From the NCBI GenBank assembly GCA_964510435.1, contig CAZEBU010000002.1, forward strand, positions 5,458-69,457: 64,000 bases of DNA, read 5' to 3'. The notes beneath the pieces were generated by a model that saw only the letters and a program-made list of their open reading frames with translations, was not told the origin of the DNA and did no database searches. Positions 59,139 to 64,000 of the stretch are shown one piece after another. Every line of letters begins with the position of its first letter. The first letter of the stretch is position 1. This stretch comes from an uncultured Candidatus Saccharibacteria bacterium. Its GTDB lineage: Bacteria; Patescibacteriota; WWE3; UBA101185; UBA10185. The translations under genes and the position numbers were made by a program.

Positions 59139-60719
59139 ATGAAACAAGTAGAATTAAAAATAGCTTCATTTAAAGATTTAAAAAGGGTGCTTGTCTCTAA
59201 TATTCCGCTTTTTTTAATCGTGGCTGTACTTGCCATTATTACTTTTATTAATGGCGTAAACGGAGAGTTCGTCTCAGATGACATTCCCGGAATTGTTAAT
59301 CATCCGGACGTGATTAATTTAGGGAACGCATTTAAATCCGGTAATTTACAGGTTATGCTGCAGGGAACGATTTACTCTGTCTTTGGGGCAAATGAAGTTC
59401 CTTTCCATCTTTTTTCTTTGTTCTTGCATATTGTAAATTTGGTTCTTTTCTTTTTCATCATCTATAACATTTTCAGCAAGAAAATCGCAGCCATTGCCAT
59501 GGTTTTGTATGCTGTGCACCCTTTAATATCAGAATCACTCTTATGGATCTCCGCAGTCAACTACCTGCTATCTACCTTCTTTCTCTATGTCTGCACGTTA
59601 CTGTACCTTATGTATAAAAAGAATCAAGATAGAAGGTATCTTATTACCGTTTTCTTATTGTTTGCCTTTTTAGGTGTATTTTTCCCCAATTTCTGGGTTC
59701 TCATTATTCCGCTTCTTATCGCAGGTATAGACTTCTTTTTGCTTAAAACAAAAATCAGTCTTAAACCTCTTTTAAAACTTTCACCACTCTTCATAATTTC
59801 TATCGTGGTATTTCTATACATAGGATTTTTCCAAAGTGAGATCTCAGTATCAGAGAGGATAGAATCTTTGGACACACCGGAAGCCACGCCGTTCTTAAAC
59901 AGGCTTCCTTATTCCATTTACATGGTGGGTGAATTGCTTATTTACCCTAAAAATCTTACTCTTTACCACGAAGGGGAGATGATCTCTACTTTCAAATATC
60001 AAGCTATGACCGTAATAGCAATCTTAGTCATACTGGGGTTAATTTATCTTTGGAAGAAACCTAAATACAGAATTGTCGCTGGTTTGATAACACTAATATT
60101 TATCTCTGTTCTACCGGTATTTAGCCCCCTACAGGTTGCTTGGTTTGCCGCGGAAAGATATCTCTACGTGGCTGCCGGGTTTTTTACAACACTTCTGGCA
60201 ATGCTTTTCTTAAAGCTAGATCGAAAATGGAAAGGCAAAAATCTAGCCATTATTCTTACCGTTTTGTTAACCGTAGTCTATTCAGGAAGAAGTATTGCTC
60301 GAACATTTGACTGGAAAACCAGAAAATCGGTCTGGCTCTCAACCGCTAAAGTCTCACCGTACAGTGCGCGTGTTCATAACAACCTAGGAGATGTCTATGG
60401 CATAGAAAACGACTGGCAAAGATCAATACAACACTTTGAAACAGCCATTCAACTTAAACCTGACTACAGTGAAGCAATGCATAACTTAGGAAACACCTAT
60501 ATGCGCATGGGGCAGCTTGAAACGGCAAGGGAATTACTATTAGCCTCCTTAAAAATTAATCCTGCGCTTTTCCAATCACTTCACAAGCTTGGTTTGGTTG
60601 AATACAACCTAGGAAATCCGGAAACTGCAGAAAAATATTTTGTGAAAAGTATAGAAGTCAATCCAAATTATCTACCGGCTGTTCAAGCTTTACAAACTTT
60701 GCGGCAAAGAACCCAGTAA
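59139..60719 (+). CDS. TMTC-like GT-C membrane protein with C-terminal TPRs (putative protein O-mannosyltransferase)
   Basis: EFVSDD (DD motif), FHLFSLFLH, AVHPLISES and AERYLY motifs; TPRs HNNLG and MHNLG. Confidence 0.8.
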   Translation: MKQVELKIASFKDLKRVLVSNIPLFLIVAVLAIITFINGVNGEFVSDDIPGIVNHPDVINLGNAFKSGNLQVMLQGTIYSVFGANEVPFHLFSLFLHIVNLVLFFFIIYNIFSKKIAAIAMVLYAVHPLISESLLWISAVNYLLSTFFLYVCTLLYLMYKKNQDRRYLITVFLLFAFLGVFFPNFWVLIIPLLIAGIDFFLLKTKISLKPLLKLSPLFIISIVVFLYIGFFQSEISVSERIESLDTPEATPFLNRLPYSIYMVGELLIYPKNLTLYHEGEMISTFKYQAMTVIAILVILGLIYLWKKPKYRIVAGLITLIFISVLPVFSPLQVAWFAAERYLYVAAGFFTTLLAMLFLKLDRKWKGKNLAIILTVLLTVVYSGRSIARTFDWKTRKSVWLSTAKVSPYSARVHNNLGDVYGIENDWQRSIQHFETAIQLKPDYSEAMHNLGNTYMRMGQLETARELLLASLKINPALFQSLHKLGLVEYNLGNPETAEKYFVKSIEVNPNYLPAVQALQTLRQRTQ

Positions 60720-61542
60720 AAAAACCATTAGGAAAGACTTTTTTAACTTCGAGAAGGCTTATTTTTTTGAATTTTTCCAAAATCCAAGTGACAACCTTTT
60801 CATTTTCTTCCTTGCTATAAGTGCAGGTTGAGTAGACCAAAGTTCCTCCGGGTTTAAGCATATTGATTGCTGACGCAGCTAGTTTTTTTTGTAATTTTGA
60901 AAGCTTCTTTGGTAATCTTGGATACCAATACTTTAGTGGATCAGGATCAGCTAAACAGATGAGACCTTCATTAGAGCAAGGGGCGTCCAACAAAACTTTA
61001 TCAAAGTAGTTATTAAAAAGTTTATACTTTCTTTCTAAACCAACCCCGTTATTATTAATAACCTCCACGTTAGAAAACTTTTGTCTCTTAAGATTATCTT
61101 CCATTTTGAAGATCCTTTTTTTGTTATTGTCTACTGCCACTATCTGGGCACGGCCTTTAGTAACATGCGCTATCTGAGAAGTCTTACTACCAGGAGCAGC
61201 ACACATATCCAATATCCTTTCACCTTCCTGAGGATCAAGCATAATCACCGGCAGCATGCTGGATAACCCCTGGATATATATTTTTCCCTGATCTACAAGC
61301 TCTGTCTCCGATAATTTAAGGTTGTCAGGACCTTCTTTAACAATGTAACTACTATAAAAAGGCCCAGGTTTTACTCCGAAACCCTGACTTCTTAGTTCTC
61401 GGAGAGCGTCATTTGTACTTATCCGGTTAGTATTTACACGAAAGGTTACCGGCGGCTTTGTATACAAGTGCTGCATTATTCTCACATGCTTAGGGCCAAA
61501 TATATTTTGCACCTTCTGAATGAAAATATCCTTTTTTTCCAT
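60658..61542 (-). CDS. RsmB/RsmF (NOL1/NOP2/Sun) rRNA m5C methyltransferase
   Basis: LDMCAAPGSKT, LLDAPCS and VYSTCT...EENE motifs. TGcTAGAAT lies 10 nt before the ATG. Confidence 0.93.
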   Translation of the reverse strand: MEKKDIFIQKVQNIFGPKHVRIMQHLYTKPPVTFRVNTNRISTNDALRELRSQGFGVKPGPFYSSYIVKEGPDNLKLSETELVDQGKIYIQGLSSMLPVIMLDPQEGERILDMCAAPGSKTSQIAHVTKGRAQIVAVDNNKKRIFKMEDNLKRQKFSNVEVINNNGVGLERKYKLFNNYFDKVLLDAPCSNEGLICLADPDPLKYWYPRLPKKLSKLQKKLAASAINMLKPGGTLVYSTCTYSKEENEKVVTWILEKFKKISLLEVKKVFPNGFFTGFFAAKFVKLEQPVDNLD

Positions 61543-61587
61543 CTTGTAAATAATTCTAGCAAATTACTTACTGAAAATTCTTTCCTA

Positions 61588-61643
61588 TTTACATAGATTG
61601 CACCAAAGTATATTCTTAAATTATCCCAACCATATAAGGAGGG
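61588..61643 (+). promoter_or_regulatory. Promoter and Shine-Dalgarno for the 93-aa ORF
   Basis: TTTACA-17-TATTCT, then AAGGAGGG just upstream of ATG 61647. Confidence 0.6.
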
Positions 61644-61646
61644 ATC

Positions 61647-61928
61647 ATGGATCTGTCTGACATGCCGTGGTCGGACATTTATAACCTGCTCCGTAGTAAC
61701 GGGAATGGTTTAAAGTGCCTGGTTAATGGTAAGGATGGCTATTTGATTGTTGAAAGGAGCAAGGTACGAGGTCTAGAAACATGGATTTTCATTTTGGAAT
61801 CCGAATTCCATAATGGAACTGTTTCTGAATCGGATCGTGAAAAAATTGTTGAGGTATCCTGCGACTTCTGCCAAAACATGAAACCCGTCACGAATGGTGT
61901 TTCGATCACCAAAGCCGAAGTACACTAA
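61647..61928 (+). CDS. Hypothetical protein (93 aa, one CxxC)
   Basis: ORF with its own promoter, strong SD and terminator; no family recognised. Confidence 0.65.
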   Translation: MDLSDMPWSDIYNLLRSNGNGLKCLVNGKDGYLIVERSKVRGLETWIFILESEFHNGTVSESDREKIVEVSCDFCQNMKPVTNGVSITKAEVH

Positions 61929-61959
61929 GTGCTTCTTACTGTACTTCGGTTTGTTTTTT
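61912..61959 (+). terminator. Intrinsic terminator overlapping the stop of the 93-aa ORF
   Basis: 13-bp stem AAGCCGAAGTACA/TGTACTTCGGTTT (one G-U), followed by GTTTTTT. Confidence 0.7.
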
Positions 61960-61984
61960 CTTAGCAGCTAGTTAGAACAATAAA

Positions 61985-63115
61985 ATGAACGCGGAAAACA
62001 ATTTTACCTTATGGACAAAGAAATACGGAAACGAAACCAGCGGCCATATATCAGCACACACTTCACAAATTTTACAGTCGCAGAATAGTCCGCACCGTAT
62101 TACGTCTAGCAGTAATCCCATAATCCTAAAAAAATCCTCTTATATAAAAACGGGTAAGTACCCTAAACATTTAAATTTTGGAAGGAACAAATTATTTGCC
62201 TCATATATCGAAGGGTGTGGTATCGATATGTTTGAATTTGTAGATAATAAACTGATAAAAATAACAAGCAATAAACTACCTGCAAGCTGCATTCATTCAA
62301 TCATATATCGTAATTTAATCTACGTTTCTGTATCAACTTTATGTAGTAAAAAATCAAAAAAGGATTTACTTGCTGTACTAAATGCGGACAATCTAGAAAA
62401 ATTAGAGCTCGTGAGTACTCGAGGTAAGTGGTCAAAGTTCATAAAAATACATCCAACCCAACCATTACTTTTCGTATCAAATTGGTTTTCAAACGATCTA
62501 AGCGTATTCGACATTCACAACCCTGAAAAACCTGTTTTCCTAAGAAAAATAAAATGTGGAATTTCTCCAAGAGGGATAGATTTCACCCCAGATGGCAAAA
62601 TTGGGTTAGTAGCATGCTACTACTCAAGAAATATCGTTGAAATAAAAGTAAGTGGAGAATCGAATGTAAAGGTTACCTACATAGGTAAACCATACGATTA
62701 TCCAAATTACTCAGGGAATATGCGGGATATTAAAATTATAAATAATAAAAGTGCAATTGTTTCAAATATGGGGCGTAATTTAATTCACCTATACAGCATT
62801 AAAAAAAGGAAAATAGTAAAATCAACAATTGTTGGAAAACATCCAAACAGTATTACTATTTACAAAAATTCCCATGTTCTTGTAAGTTGTTTCCTGTCAA
62901 ACAGATTATATCTACTAAATGTGCCTGGTTTGAAAATTCTTGGTGTGTCAAGAGCCACAGGAAAAAACACAGTTGGTTTGGCAACATTTGGTGAAACTGT
63001 ATTTTCATCAGCTTTCGGCAGTGGTTTGATAGAAGTGTGGAAACCAGCTAAACAAATAAATAAAACAAACCCGCGGATAGGAGGGAGGCGAACGCCTGCA
63101 CCAACCAAAACCTAA
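61985..63115 (+). CDS. YncE/YVTN-like beta-propeller protein
   Basis: Repeated blades: FVSNWFSNDLSVFD, PRGIDFTPDGK, VSNMGRN and VGKHPNSI. Confidence 0.75.
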   Translation: MNAENNFTLWTKKYGNETSGHISAHTSQILQSQNSPHRITSSSNPIILKKSSYIKTGKYPKHLNFGRNKLFASYIEGCGIDMFEFVDNKLIKITSNKLPASCIHSIIYRNLIYVSVSTLCSKKSKKDLLAVLNADNLEKLELVSTRGKWSKFIKIHPTQPLLFVSNWFSNDLSVFDIHNPEKPVFLRKIKCGISPRGIDFTPDGKIGLVACYYSRNIVEIKVSGESNVKVTYIGKPYDYPNYSGNMRDIKIINNKSAIVSNMGRNLIHLYSIKKRKIVKSTIVGKHPNSITIYKNSHVLVSCFLSNRLYLLNVPGLKILGVSRATGKNTVGLATFGETVFSSAFGSGLIEVWKPAKQINKTNPRIGGRRTPAPTKT

Positions 63116-64000
63116 AAACTACTTTAGTACCATTCCAACCAATAGCTTCAAAATGATGATGTAACGGAGCAATTTTAAATACGGTTTTGCCTCTAAAATA
63201 CAAGGAAAACCACTGAATCAAAGATGTCGATGCATCAACAATATAAACAAATCCAAAAACCGGTAACAAATAAAAAGTCCCTGTGGTTAAAGTAAGCACA
63301 CCGATAATTGAACCTAATGCAAGGGCACCCGTATCACCCATAAATAACCTGGCGGGGTTGATATTAAAGTATAAATAAGCCAACACGGCTCCAAACACTA
63401 CAAAAACGAATGTTAGATCTGCTAGGTCCCCGGTTGTATTTGAGACGAAAAATCCCAAAGTAAGTAAGGTGATCAATAAAGATCCGGAAGACAACCCGTC
63501 AATACCGTCAATTATATTGAAGGCATTACTCAGAAAGATTATGGTTAAAACAGAAATAGCAAAGAGTAGCCAAAATGATGTGACCTCAAAATTAAAAAAG
63601 GGGATATTTACGCGGAATAAATTATTTGTAACCCCCCAGTAACTAATTAAGGATCCTGCAGAGAGCTGAATTAATAATTTATGGCGTACTCTAAGGGCTA
63701 ATCCCCTAAATCTAAAAACCTTCTTAAAATCATCATAAAATCCCATCAAACCAAAGATAATTAAACTAAAAGTGAAAAGAAGATACTTCTCTCTGCTAAT
63801 TTCGTAGGCACTTCCGTAGTACAGAAAAGTATAAATAAACAAGACAACCAGAACTATTAGTATTCCACCTCCGGTAGGCGTTCCTGACTTATGCGCTTTA
63901 ATTTTGTCGAAAACATCCATGACCTGCCCAAACCTATCTTTTCTGTGTTTTTTTCTAAAAGGATCCTGCAATTTGAATCTATACAAAAGGCTAATAAAAG
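63048..64000 (-). CDS. mraY: Phospho-N-acetylmuramoyl-pentapeptide transferase (5' end outside window)
   Basis: KSGTPTGGG, GFYDD, NAFNIIDGIDGL, FMGDTG and APLHHHFE motifs; frame is open to the window edge. Confidence 0.93.
   Translation of the reverse strand, partial: FISLLYRFKLQDPFRKKHRKDRFGQVMDVFDKIKAHKSGTPTGGGILIVLVVLFIYTFLYYGSAYEISREKYLLFTFSLIIFGLMGFYDDFKKVFRFRGLALRVRHKLLIQLSAGSLISYWGVTNNLFRVNIPFFNFEVTSFWLLFAISVLTIIFLSNAFNIIDGIDGLSSGSLLITLLTLGFFVSNTTGDLADLTFVFVVFGAVLAYLYFNINPARLFMGDTGALALGSIIGVLTLTTGTFYLLPVFGFVYIVDASTSLIQWFSLYFRGKTVFKIAPLHHHFEAIGWNGTKVVFRFWLVQAFASLLSAGLFYLFV

Noticed and set aside
1-64000. tRNA, rRNA, CRISPR array, integrase/transposase, intron or intein
   Set aside because: Intergenic gaps are short (at most ~200 bp) and show no cloverleaf or spaced direct repeats. 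No recombinase motifs or unexplained large insertions were seen in conserved genes.

Overview
Chromosomal window from a small-genome, AT-rich bacterium using genetic code 11. It is most likely Patescibacteria/CPR, possibly WWE3- or Microgenomates-like; this is inferred from the absence of uL30 in the spc cluster, the divergent RNAP and ribosomal protein motifs, and the GT-rich envelope locus. Positions 1-36.4 kb hold a ~35 kb, almost entirely minus-strand surface-glycosylation locus. It has 6 GT4, 6 GT2 (4 resembling polyprenol-phosphate sugar synthases), 7 GT-C-like membrane transferases, several flippases, Ugd, a CDP-tyvelose-epimerase-like SDR, a B12-binding radical SAM enzyme with an adjacent 3-Cys ferredoxin, a SAM methyltransferase and a nonsense-interrupted FkbM gene. 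Positions 36.4-58.4 kb hold the rpoB-rpoC-str-S10-spc superoperon, ending secY-ybaB-adk. Positions 58.5-64 kb hold lepB, a TMTC-like TPR transferase, an RsmB/RsmF methyltransferase, two accessory ORFs and partial mraY. The most striking signals are in the core machinery. EF-G has a rebuilt guanine-specificity pocket (G4 NKxD to NKIN, G5 GSA to GDG) while EF-Tu is canonical. uL3 lacks ~65 internal residues. uS12, uL2, the beta' switch 2 and adk carry altered signature motifs. There is also a candidate terminator/antiterminator leader ahead of rplC, and a recurring near-leaderless promoter architecture. All family calls are by-eye motif recognition; no database searches were run.
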